Source: Psammoneis japonica
Taxonomy: Eukaryota
Reading direction: 5' to 3'
Length of the DNA stretch: 20,000 bases
NCBI GenBank assembly: GCA_008632985.1
Contig: QPGO01000222.1
Span: 49,205-69,204 of the forward strand
The position numbers and the translations under genes are program-made. Position 1 is the stretch's first letter. Each line of letters begins with the position of its first letter. The notes under the pieces were generated by a model. It ran no database searches, was not told the DNA's origin, and was given only the letters and a program-made list of their open reading frames with translations. Below, one piece after another: positions 10,091-20,000 of the stretch.

Positions 10091-12798
10091 AATGATGTTG
10101 TGCTCTCTTTGGGGTTGACGATGGATTCGTTCTTCCTTTATTCTTTATTTTGTCTTTGTCTTGTTTTGTCTCACGCTTGCTCTTGCTCTCACGCGAGAGA
10201 AATCGAAATAAATTTTCGCCTGCCCATCGCCCGCTTCGGGTTGTTTCATAATGTTGTTTTTGGCGATCGGACATTTTGGCAACAGTTGTCTAGTATGATA
10301 TTCTCGTATGTTTCTACGATGAACCCGATGTCACAAAAAATCAAACCCACTCGTGTTTGAAACTTGAAAACAAGGTCTCTTCACGCAAAAACCACACAAT
10401 CTCACGATGCTTTCAATCACATCCACAATGTCCAAACAAACAATGAGATACAACCTTTCTTCCCGCACCGTTCCAATGGAGAGCATGGGGCGTGCTCGCA
10501 TGAGCGTCGGCGACAAACGCAGCAGGCTGTTGACCGAAGACGAGGTTTCCCGCGACATGAAGCTTTCGACAAGCGGACGTCCTTCGAAACGTCTCCAATG
10601 GCAGTCATCGGTTCAGTTGAGCGTCATTCCAAGCAAACACGATGCCTCCGATGTGTGCTTGCTGGACGAATTGACAAGCATTGATGCATCCTCAACAACA
10701 TCCGAGCATGAATCACGACAAGGCATTTCGAAACCATCTCGTCTGGAAGTTCAGCCGGAGCTTTCAGACTGGTCACCGACATGCTTGGGTTCAGACGAGT
10801 CGTCATCGCTACTCCGATGTTACAATGAGCACTCTCAGCACGATCACTTTGCAAGCATTGTGCAACAGATTGCCAGCCAGTCTTCAAGCGAATGCCTGTT
10901 CATCGATCCGAGTTCTGGTCACAAGAGGATGTTGCGGCACACATGCAGTGCGGAACTTGGTTCACGCAAACGTCGTCGGACTTCCAACAAGCAAGATGAT
11001 GAGGTCGTTCTTGTTGGTTCCAGTCACGAGGAGACTTGTGACAACGGAAACAATCATCTGGCATTCGGCTGGGGTCGCCCAAAGCCTTGCTCATGTGTGA
11101 ACCACATCTGCTTTCCTCGCACGCGTCGAGACCTCCACCCAAAGACTGTCCGTGCCCCGAGGAAACGCCGCATGGATGAGCACTCCAAGCCTGACCATTC
11201 ATTGCACGTCATGGAGAAGCTGTCTGTTCAAGAATCATCGAATGAACGTTTCACAGACACCTTCTCCGGTGACAAAAGGAAGCATCAGCGCAGAGGGTTG
11301 GGTTCTCGGAAACGACGCATTGTCACACGTGATCAAGATGACGCATGCGGTGGCATTGCCGGCAGACTCAGCGCTGGTCCTGAGGAGAGCAGTCAGAGGG
11401 TGAGTCATTTTGTCGTTTGCATTGTCACTCCTTTTCGTTGACAATTGACCAAAACCTGTTTCTACTTCTACTTTACTCTCTACAATCACAGCTTGCACCT
11501 GACACATCGAGTCAACACGAGACATCTTCCGTTGCGTCTGTTGCGGCAGAGAATCCTCTCGATGCGATTCTTTTAGATGATGATCACGTCCAAGAGGTGA
11601 CGGTTCCTGCAGCGGCGAGTGCGGTGCAAGATGACCCTTCCGATTTCGATGCGTTTGGTCCAGATCATCACAATGACTTGCACGAAGTGTTGATTGGTGA
11701 ACAACAATTGGAAGGGTCTCACTTGCCTGCTTCGGACAAGGATGGTCCCTTCCACAATGTGGCATCAGCAATGGCGGTGCCTTCGGCGTGCGAGGTTCCG
11801 TCTGACGATGAGGCTTCCGTTCCAAACCAACACAATGGCGTGCCTGAAGCCTTGGGAGAAGATCGAGAAGAAGAAGAAGAAGAAGGGCATGTCGAAGTGC
11901 GGGAATCCCTCACTGCGGATCACCGTGCTTTTAACAGCGACGATCCTATCCACGAGACGGCGTCAGCAGTGGTGGCACCTTCGCCACAAGAGATCCCTTC
12001 CGACGAAGGCAATGAGCGCATTCCAGACCAGCACGTTGGTGGAGACGGGTTGATGGTGGAGACGGAACAGGCAGAAGATCAGCACGCTGTTTCACCCACA
12101 TCCCTCATTACGGATTCCGTCATTCCAAGGCGGTCTGCTTGGCTCAAAGAAGCTGTGGGAAGCGTGCATGTCCTCTCTGCTCATGGGAGAACTGTTCGAA
12201 GGTCCGCTAGAATCTTGAACCGGCGACATGGCACCGTGGGGTAGTTCGAGTGCTTGAGGGAACGAAGAAATACATGGGAAGAGAGAAAAGTGGTAATTAG
12301 AGATAGAGAGAAAGGAGCGGGAGTTAGAGAAAGGGAGTGGAGCATTTAGAAAAGAGAGAAAAGGAATCGGGGAAATGGCGAGGCGGGACGAAGACTGGGT
12401 TCGGAAAGGACTGTAGGCAGCAACACTCACACTTGCTTTTGTTTGCTTCACCAGTTCCAAAGGGAAGAATTGAGTCTGGCGGCGGGTTTTCTGACCATGT
12501 GCTGGATCCGTGTGCATGAATCATCATGGTGCAGTTGCTTTTGTGATCGTGTCGATCGGCAAGTCTCGGGTGAGCAGCGACATTCTATCGAGTACAGAAT
12601 CTTCGTGGCGCCTGCAGTTCGGCCCACATTACACACAACACGTACCTTTACATTCAACACTACGGATTCAGCTTTGTGGGGGATTGAAAACTCAAAGCCC
12701 GATTCGATGATTCCTTTTTGGGCCTGAACAAGCACCATTGGCCGTGGACAGTGTGCTGCTTGCACCGTAGACGGATTCAGCATTGGTTTTGCGTGAAG
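9976..12798 (+). repeat. Segmental duplication copy A (TpA-poorer copy; runs into the assembly gap)
   Basis: Colinear and near-identical to 16104-18945, from tatcgccgccctcaacc to ggttttgcgtgaag. Confidence 0.97.
10407..12244 (+). CDS. Orphan, probably disordered ~581-aa protein, copy A (exons 10407-11399 and 11492-12244); may be non-functional
   Basis: Two long ORFs are joined in frame by a phase-0 intron 11400-11491 (GTGAGT...CACAG). Basic clusters (RKRRRT, RKRR), an acidic region and C-terminal RRSA/RRSAR motifs. No recognisable domain. Confidence 0.55.
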
Positions 12799-13736
12799 NN
12801 NNNNNNNNNNNNNNNNNNNNNNNNNNNNNNNNNNNNNNNNNNNNNNNNNNNNNNNNNNNNNNNNNNNNNNNNNNNNNNNNNNNNNNNNNNNNNNNNNNNN
12901 NNNNNNNNNNNNNNNNNNNNNNNNNNNNNNNNNNNNNNNNNNNNNNNNNNNNNNNNNNNNNNNNNNNNNNNNNNNNNNNNNNNNNNNNNNNNNNNNNNNN
13001 NNNNNNNNNNNNNNNNNNNNNNNNNNNNNNNNNNNNNNNNNNNNNNNNNNNNNNNNNNNNNNNNNNNNNNNNNNNNNNNNNNNNNNNNNNNNNNNNNNNN
13101 NNNNNNNNNNNNNNNNNNNNNNNNNNNNNNNNNNNNNNNNNNNNNNNNNNNNNNNNNNNNNNNNNNNNNNNNNNNNNNNNNNNNNNNNNNNNNNNNNNNN
13201 NNNNNNNNNNNNNNNNNNNNNNNNNNNNNNNNNNNNNNNNNNNNNNNNNNNNNNNNNNNNNNNNNNNNNNNNNNNNNNNNNNNNNNNNNNNNNNNNNNNN
13301 NNNNNNNNNNNNNNNNNNNNNNNNNNNNNNNNNNNNNNNNNNNNNNNNNNNNNNNNNNNNNNNNNNNNNNNNNNNNNNNNNNNNNNNNNNNNNNNNNNNN
13401 NNNNNNNNNNNNNNNNNNNNNNNNNNNNNNNNNNNNNNNNNNNNNNNNNNNNNNNNNNNNNNNNNNNNNNNNNNNNNNNNNNNNNNNNNNNNNNNNNNNN
13501 NNNNNNNNNNNNNNNNNNNNNNNNNNNNNNNNNNNNNNNNNNNNNNNNNNNNNNNNNNNNNNNNNNNNNNNNNNNNNNNNNNNNNNNNNNNNNNNNNNNN
13601 NNNNNNNNNNNNNNNNNNNNNNNNNNNNNNNNNNNNNNNNNNNNNNNNNNNNNNNNNNNNNNNNNNNNNNNNNNNNNNNNNNNNNNNNNNNNNNNNNNNN
13701 NNNNNNNNNNNNNNNNNNNNNNNNNNNNNNNNNNNN
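12799..13736. other. Assembly gap (938 N)
   Basis: Run of N. Confidence 1.
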
Positions 13737-15244
13737 AGCAAACCCGAAACCTTTCCACTGCGCCCCTGCTGACGACAGAAATGGACAAACTCCTGGTTGA
13801 TTCCAGCTGCCTCATGAATCATCTCGTGAGCTTCTCACAACTACGAATGGTCCATCCCAAAGAAAAAGGATCCTCTTCGTAGCAGACATGTGTAAGGTTT
13901 GGGTGTATCCAGGGCGACTCGGCTGGTTCTCCAACACTGGTTTGTGTGCCAAGGGGGTCGGCAACCATCATTTCTGCAATTGCCGAAACATTCATCTTTT
14001 TTCTTTTAGGCTGAAAGATCTCGATTGGTGCAACCGGCAAAGAGGGTGCTTCAGAGGGATCGACAACATACGACAGCACTGGAGAGCAAAAAAAAAAAGA
14101 AGCATGATCGAACAGATGGCACCGCCTGTGAGACATAGGAAACGTGCAGGCAAATCATGGGAACAAGAAGTCAACAAGCGGGGAGCACGGACGGCAGTTC
14201 CGGCACATGTCGAGTACGTACCGGTTGGACATTGATTTCTTTATCTCAAAGTAAGATTTCAACGGAAATTTTGGGAACAGTTGCAGGTGGGTAGGAGATG
14301 ACAGCTTCTGCGCCATTAACGTCGTCCACAGGGTGCTCTTCACCTTTTCCTTTCTTCTCTTCCTACACCTCTGCAGGATGCATGAACATGAAAAGAATGA
14401 CACCAAACTTAAGAGCCCCGTCCAGGCGCCCAGAAAGGACGGCACACAAGCTGTCGTCCACAGCACTAACCCAAGACGCCAAATCGGCGTAACCGGCGAG
14501 AGACATTTTTCATCGATTGCTCTTTGAATGCTGCCGAGTACGCCTTTCAACTTTCCTCCGACCAAGAAGGTTCAGCGCAATGTTCACAGGCTCGGAAGAG
14601 CTATTCCACGAGATCCTCAAATTCAGCGATTCAGTCCATTCCGCAATGTCCTTGGCATCCCATCTCACACGGCGACTTTTGCTGAGGATTTTGAGCGATC
14701 GTACTGTAGATCTTCATGATGACATTTCCAGCCCGAGCATGATGTACCGTAAAGCATTTCTTGCATTCATTGTAAGTAGTGCTCACCTGGTATGGCACGG
14801 GCAATAGGGCCCTACTGATATAACATAACGCATCTTGGAACTTTGCAGGTTGACCCCAGACGCATTTTTCACCTCATTATAACTGTCGTTCTGTTATTTG
14901 TATCGGTTCGCATGGTTCGGTGCGCAAGTGAATGTAAAGGCAGACAGGCAAGAGGCGCGCAGGGGGTGGCTTGCGGCGTTATTGTTTTCCCATCCACACA
15001 AGATGAGCTCCATTTGTCGTGTTTAGTCAGATCGCGACAAGTCGGAGAGTTCTCTCGACAAGAGACTTTGAATAGCCCAGATACAGATTCACAAGCTAAC
15101 GTTATAGCAACCCAATTTGAAATGTGATTCTGTAGGCACTCGCAGCAACAGACCCCAACAGAGCCTCAAAAAGAGGAAAGGAGGTGAGGCGTCACCGACA
15201 AACAAACTTGACGTCTCACCCCTGTGTTGTGCACGACAAACACA

Positions 15245-16103
15245 CCAACTGCCTCGAACAATGTGTGAATGCAGCTACTCGCGCAATGGTTCTTCCCAGT
15301 GCAAAGCTAGCAGACTCGAGGCATTGCACAGTTGAGGATTTGAGCTTTGGAAGTTGCTTGAAAAGATTGAGCTCGATGCGTCGATTCAGAATCATCAAAA
15401 GCGGTATCAACGCCACGCATTGTGACACAGCCGTCCCAATTGCCACGCCCGCAGCTCCCCAAAGAATCAAAATGGGGTTCAATGCTATGTTCACTGCGTT
15501 TCATAGTATACTGCAAAGCAGCGGTGTCTTTGTATCACCAAGTCCTCAAAGGTGACAGACAATTTCAGAAGTTAGCTGGTCGGGATAGCAGCGCATAACA
15601 ACATGATCTTTCGTCCTTGCTTAGATTGGGCCAGCTCTTTGGAGTACCTACCACGAAATACACTGTTGGAAACAAGCCACAAGGTTGATACAGGTGCATC
15701 AAGAGCCCGAGCTCTCATGTAGGATATGGCAGTCGCTGCCATATCACTATCTTTCGATACGCCCATGGCGCTCAGGATTTGTCCGGCAAAAGCAGCGAAT
15801 GCAAACAACTGAAGCAATCCCACTACGAGAGCCAACAGCAAGGCTGTTAAAAGTGCTGCTGAAAGTTCTTCTGTATAGATCATAAGACGGATATGGGCAA
15901 ATGCTTATTGTTAGGTCAAGTTCAAACGTAACAACTCACGAGACAGCATTGCACGCAATACGAACCTGCTTCTGCTTTGCTCGCCTTGCTGCCTCTATAA
16001 GCCCCATACTTGGATGCAATGAGCGAAATTGTTGTTTTTGACAAGGGAGAATTGTATAGCTTGGAAACAGCAGCTTGTGATGCTCGTGCCACTCCCACAC
16101 CAC
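15245..16103 (-). pseudogene. MATE-family (DinF/DTX-like) transporter pseudogene, truncated at both ends
   Basis: GVGVARASQAAVSKLYN; ALLLALVVG..A..YMRARAL.AP; VFRG-LGDTKTPL; NIALNPIL..GAAGVAIGTAVSQ; LGRTIA. Introns at 15871-15965 and ~15545-15651. In-frame TGA at 15501-15503. Similarity ends near 15250. Confidence 0.85.
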
Positions 16104-16218
16104 TATCGCCGCCCTCAACCGATCCGTCGTGCCATGATGCGTCAAAGAGTAGCACCAGACCACCGGTGACAGGTGGTGGTAGCTCTGAAATGTCAACGAG
16201 ACGAGACGAAGAAGACAT
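16104..16218 (-). pseudogene. Duplicated 5' fragment (~38 codons) of the glutaredoxin gene
   Basis: [38 protein letters not shown] is near-identical to the translation of 10090-9976. Confidence 0.95.
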
Positions 16219-16560
16219 AATGATGTTGTGCTGACGATGGATTCGTTCTTCCTTTATTTTGTCTTTTGCCTGCTCTTGCTCTCGACTCCTCTCGACATGA
16301 GACAACGCGAGAGAAATCGAAATAAATTTTCGCCTGCCCATCGCCCGCTTCGGGTTGTTTCATTATTGAAAATATCTCCTTAAGTCACGGATAACGGTAT
16401 ATTTCATTGCTTAAATGTTGTTTTTGGCGATCAGACATTTTGGCAACAGTTGTCTAGTATGATATTCTCGTATGTTTCTACGATGAACCCGATGTCACAA
16501 AAAATCAAACCCACCGTTTTCAAACAAGATCTCTTCACGCAAAAACCACACAATCTCACG

Positions 16561-18396
16561 ATGATGCTTTCAATCACATCCACAATGTCCAAACAAACAA
16601 TGAGATACAACCTTTCTTCCCGCACCGTTCCAATGGAGAGCATGGGGCGTGCTCGCATGAGCGTCGGCGACAAACGCAGCAGGCTGTTGACCGAAGACGA
16701 GGTTTCCCGCGACATGAAGCTTTCGACAAGCGGACGTCCTTCGAAACGTCTCCAATGGCAGTCATCGGTTCAGTTGAGCGTCATTCCAAGCAAACACGAT
16801 ACCTCCGATGTGCACTTGCTAGACGAATTGACAAGCATTGATGCATCCTCAACAACATCCGAGCATGAATCACGACAAGGCATTTCGAAACCATCTCGTC
16901 TGGAAGTTCAGCCGGAGCTTTCAGACTGGTCACCGATATACTTGGGTTCAGACGAGTCGTCATCGCTACTCCGATGTTACAATGAGCACTCTCAGCACGA
17001 TCACTTTGCAAGCATTGTGCAACAGATTGCCAGCCAGTCTTCAAGCGAATGCCTGTTCATCGATCCGAGTTCTGGTCACAAGAGGATGTTGCGGCACACA
17101 TACAGTGCGGAACTTGGTTCACGCAAACGTCGTCGGACTTCCAACAAGCAAGATGATGAGGTCGTTCTTGTTGGTTCCAGTCACGAGGAGACTTGTGACA
17201 ACGGAAACAATCATCTGGCATTCGGCTGGGGTCGCCCAAAGCCTTGCTCATGTGTGAACCACATCTGCTTTCCTCGCACGCGTCGAGACCTCCACCCAAA
17301 GACTATCCGTGCCCCGAGGAAACGCCGCATGGATGAGCACTCCAAGCCTGACCATTCATTGTACGTTATGGAGAAGCTGTCTGTTCAAGAATCATCGAAT
17401 GAACGTTTCATAGACACCTTCTCCGGCGACAAAAGGAAGTATCAGCGCAGAGGGTTGGGTTCTCGGAAACGACGCATTATCACACGTGATCAAGATGACG
17501 TATGCGGTGGTATTACCGGTAGACTCAGCGCTAGTCCTGAGGAGAGCAGTCAGAGGGTAAGTCATTTTATCGTTTGTATTATCACTCCTTTTCGTTGACA
17601 ATTGACTAAAACCTATTTCTACTTCTACTTTACTCTCTACAATCACAGCTTGCACCTGACACATCGAGTCAACACGAGACATCTTCCATTGCGTCTGTTG
17701 CGGCAGAGAATCCTCTCGATGCGATTCTTTTAGATGATGATCACGTCCAAGAGGTGACGGTTCCTGCAGCGGCGAGTACGGTGCAAGATGACCCTTCCGA
17801 TTTCGATGCGTTTGGTCCAGATCATCACAATGACTTGCACGAAGTGTTGATTGGTGAACAACAATTGGAAGGGTCTCACTTGCCTGCTTCGGACAAGGAT
17901 GGTCCCTTCCACAATGTGGCATCAGCAATGGCGGTGCCTTCGGCGTGCGAGGTTCCGTCTGACGGTGAGGCTTCCGTTCCAAACCAACACAATGGCGTGC
18001 CTGAAGCCTTGGGAGAAGATCGAGAAGAAGAAGAAGAAGGGTATGTCGAAGTGCGGGAATCCCTCACTACGGATCACCGTGCTTTTAATAGCGACGATCC
18101 TATCCACGAGACGGCGTCAGCAGTGGTAGCACCTTCGCCACAAGAGATCCCTTCCGACGAAGGCAATGAGCGCATTCCAGACCAGCACGTTGGTGGAGAC
18201 GGGTTGATGGTGGAGACGGAACAGGCAGAAGATCAGCACGCTATTTCACCTACATCCCTCATTACGGATTCCGTCATTCCAAGGCGGTCTGCTCGCTTAG
18301 AGAAGCTTGGGAAGCGTGTATGTCCTCTCTGCTGATGGGAGAACTGTTCGAAGGTCCGCTAGAATCTTGAACCGGCGATATGGCACCGTGGGGTAG
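16561..18396 (+). CDS. Orphan protein copy B (exons 16561-17556 and 17649 onward)
   Basis: Intron 17557-17648 (GTAAGT...CACAG). Indels near 18290-18310 shift the frame to a stop at 18335; the stop equivalent to copy A is at 18394-18396. Confidence 0.55.
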
Positions 18397-18920
18397 TTCG
18401 AGTGCTTGAGGGAACGAAGAAATACATGGAAGAGAGAAAGTGGTAATTAGAGATAGAGAGAAAGGAGCGGGAGTTAGAGAAAGGGAGTGGAGTATTTAGA
18501 AAAGAGAGAAAAGGAATCGGGGAAATGGCGAGGCGGGACGAAGACTGGGTTCGGAAAGGACTGTAGGTAGTAACACTCATACTTGCTTTTGTTTGCTTAC
18601 CAGTTCCAAAGGGAAGAATTGAGTCTGGCGGCGGGTTTTCTGACCATATGCTGGATCCGTGTGTATGAATCATCATGGTGCAGTTGCTTTTGTGATCGTG
18701 TCGATCGGAAGTCTCGGTGAGCAGCGATATTCTATCGAGTACAGAATCTTCGTGGCGCCTGCAGTTCGGCCCATATTACACACAACACGTACCTTTACAT
18801 TCAACACTACGGATTCAGCTTTGTGGGGGGTTGAAAACTCAAAGCCCGATTCGATGATTCCTTTTTGGGCCTGAACAAGCACCATTGGCCGTGGACAGTG
18901 TGCTGCTTGCACCGTAGACG

Positions 18921-20000
18921 GATTCAGCATTGGTTTTGCGTGAAGTACTTGATGACCTTGAATAACTCTACTAGTCCGGAAGTTTTCTGTTGTGGTTTCA
19001 AGTAATCTGTGAATGTGTTAGGATATTAGCACATGGCGAGTTTTGAAGCTAACTGTTTTTTCGAATACATGATGAAAGCTCGTACCTTTATACTCATTCT
19101 GTAGGGTTTGTTTATTCAGCGTGTAGTCCAACAAGCATCAACTTTGTCCAACAGTTCTCGCCTTTTGTAGTTTATGTAGTTCGGTCTTATTGGTCGCTGC
19201 TCCCACCTACTGCATCGAAATTGACGAGAGTCGGGAACCCTTTGCAAATGAACACTAAGGACTCTTCAGAGCGAGATCAATCGTCTTGACCGCAGAGATA
19301 GCATGTAATGAGACTGGTAGCGATTAGTGGCGTATGGCTGCGGATAATCTGTGTGAATGTGTTATGAAATTAGGCATATGGCGAGTTTTGAAGCTAATCG
19401 TTTTTCAAATACATGATGAAAGCTCGTACCTTTACACTCATTCTGTAGGGTTTGTTTATTCAGCGTGTTGTCCACCGATTCAGCATTGGTTTTGCGTGAA
19501 GTACTTGATGACTTTTAATAACTCTACTAGTCGGGAAGTTTTCTGTTGTGGTTTCAAGTAGTCTGTGAATGTGTTAGGATATTAGGCACATGGCGAGTTT
19601 TGAAGCTAACTGTTTTTCGAATACATGATGAAAGCTCGTACCTTTATACTCATTCTGTAGGGTTTGTTTATTCAGCGTGTAGTCCAACAAGCATCAACTT
19701 TGTCCAACAGTTCTCGCCTTTTGTAGTTTATGTAGTTCGATCTTATTGGTCGCTGCTCCCACCTACTGCATCGAAATTGACGAGAGTCGGGAACCCTTTG
19801 CAAATGAACACTAAGGACTCTTCAGAGCGAGATCAATCGTCTTGACCGCAGAGATAGCATGTAATGAGACTGGTAGCGATTAGTGGCGTATGGCTGCGGA
19901 TAATCTGTGTGAATGTGTTATGAAATTAGGCATATGGCGAGTTTTGAAGCTAATCGTTTTTCAAATACATGATGAAAGCTCGTACCTTTACACTCATTCT
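18921..20000. repeat. 556-bp tandem repeat (at least 2 units, continuing beyond the window) with an internal ~125-bp sub-repeat
   Basis: gattcagcattggttttgcgtgaag occurs at 18921 and 19477. The subunit gtgaatgtgtta...atggcgagttttgaagctaa...gatgaaagctcgtaccttta recurs near 19005, 19345, 19560 and 19900. Confidence 0.95.

Larger units (their letters stand above)
16104..18945 (+). repeat. Segmental duplication copy B (retains more TpA)
   Basis: Direct repeat of 9976-12798 at an offset of ~6.1 kb; small indels in the promoter part, including ~50 extra bp at ~16364-16413. Confidence 0.97.

Noticed and set aside
12255..12400. GA-rich purine tract as an LTR-retrotransposon polypurine tract
   Set aside because: No gag/pol remnants, PBS or TG...CA LTR boundaries were identified; treated as low-complexity 3' sequence.
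12448..13822. Long ORFs of 329-455 aa
   Set aside because: They consist of X residues spanning the N gap.
13737..14810. Possible decayed gene on the minus strand (EFEDLVE.LFR..VGG, faintly Hsp70-like)
   Set aside because: Stops and frameshifts are present and the resemblance is too short to assign a family.
16104..18945. Classical RIP (CpA->TpA) acting on copy B
   Set aside because: The pairwise pattern is formally compatible, but B gains no stops and is itself TpA-poor. Neighbouring TE DNA is TpA-depleted rather than enriched, and the MATE Tyr positions are lost. Disfavoured, though not excluded without an outgroup.
18921..20000. CRISPR-like repeat-spacer array
   Set aside because: Units are 125-556 bp, the intervening sequences are repeated rather than unique, the context is eukaryotic and no cas genes are present.

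Overview
Eukaryotic genomic DNA with short GT-AG introns and compact divergent gene pairs; the style suggests a diatom or other stramenopile (inference). A conserved core (4.6-10.1 kb) holds NOP2/NSUN1 (-), DPAGT1/ALG7 (+) and a GLRX3/PICOT-type monothiol glutaredoxin (-), each broken only by 1-bp indels in short runs that look like consensus errors. The flanks are accessory: a decayed Mutator-like transposase and repeats (1-2.8 kb), a disrupted orphan ORF (3.1-4.0 kb), a ~2.8 kb segmental duplication (9976-12798 vs 16104-18945) carrying an orphan two-exon gene, a 938-N gap, a MATE pseudogene fused to the duplicated glutaredoxin 5' end, and a 556-bp higher-order tandem repeat. The main signal is targeted loss of the TpA dinucleotide in repeat/accessory DNA. 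About 40 of roughly 47 substitutions between the duplicates are TA vs TG or CA, all with TA in the same copy, and positions 1-1885 hold only 5 TpA. Polarity clues favour TA->TG/CA (A-to-G at TpA on both strands), the mirror image of fungal RIP. This is a candidate genome-defence hypermutation system. All counts are manual.
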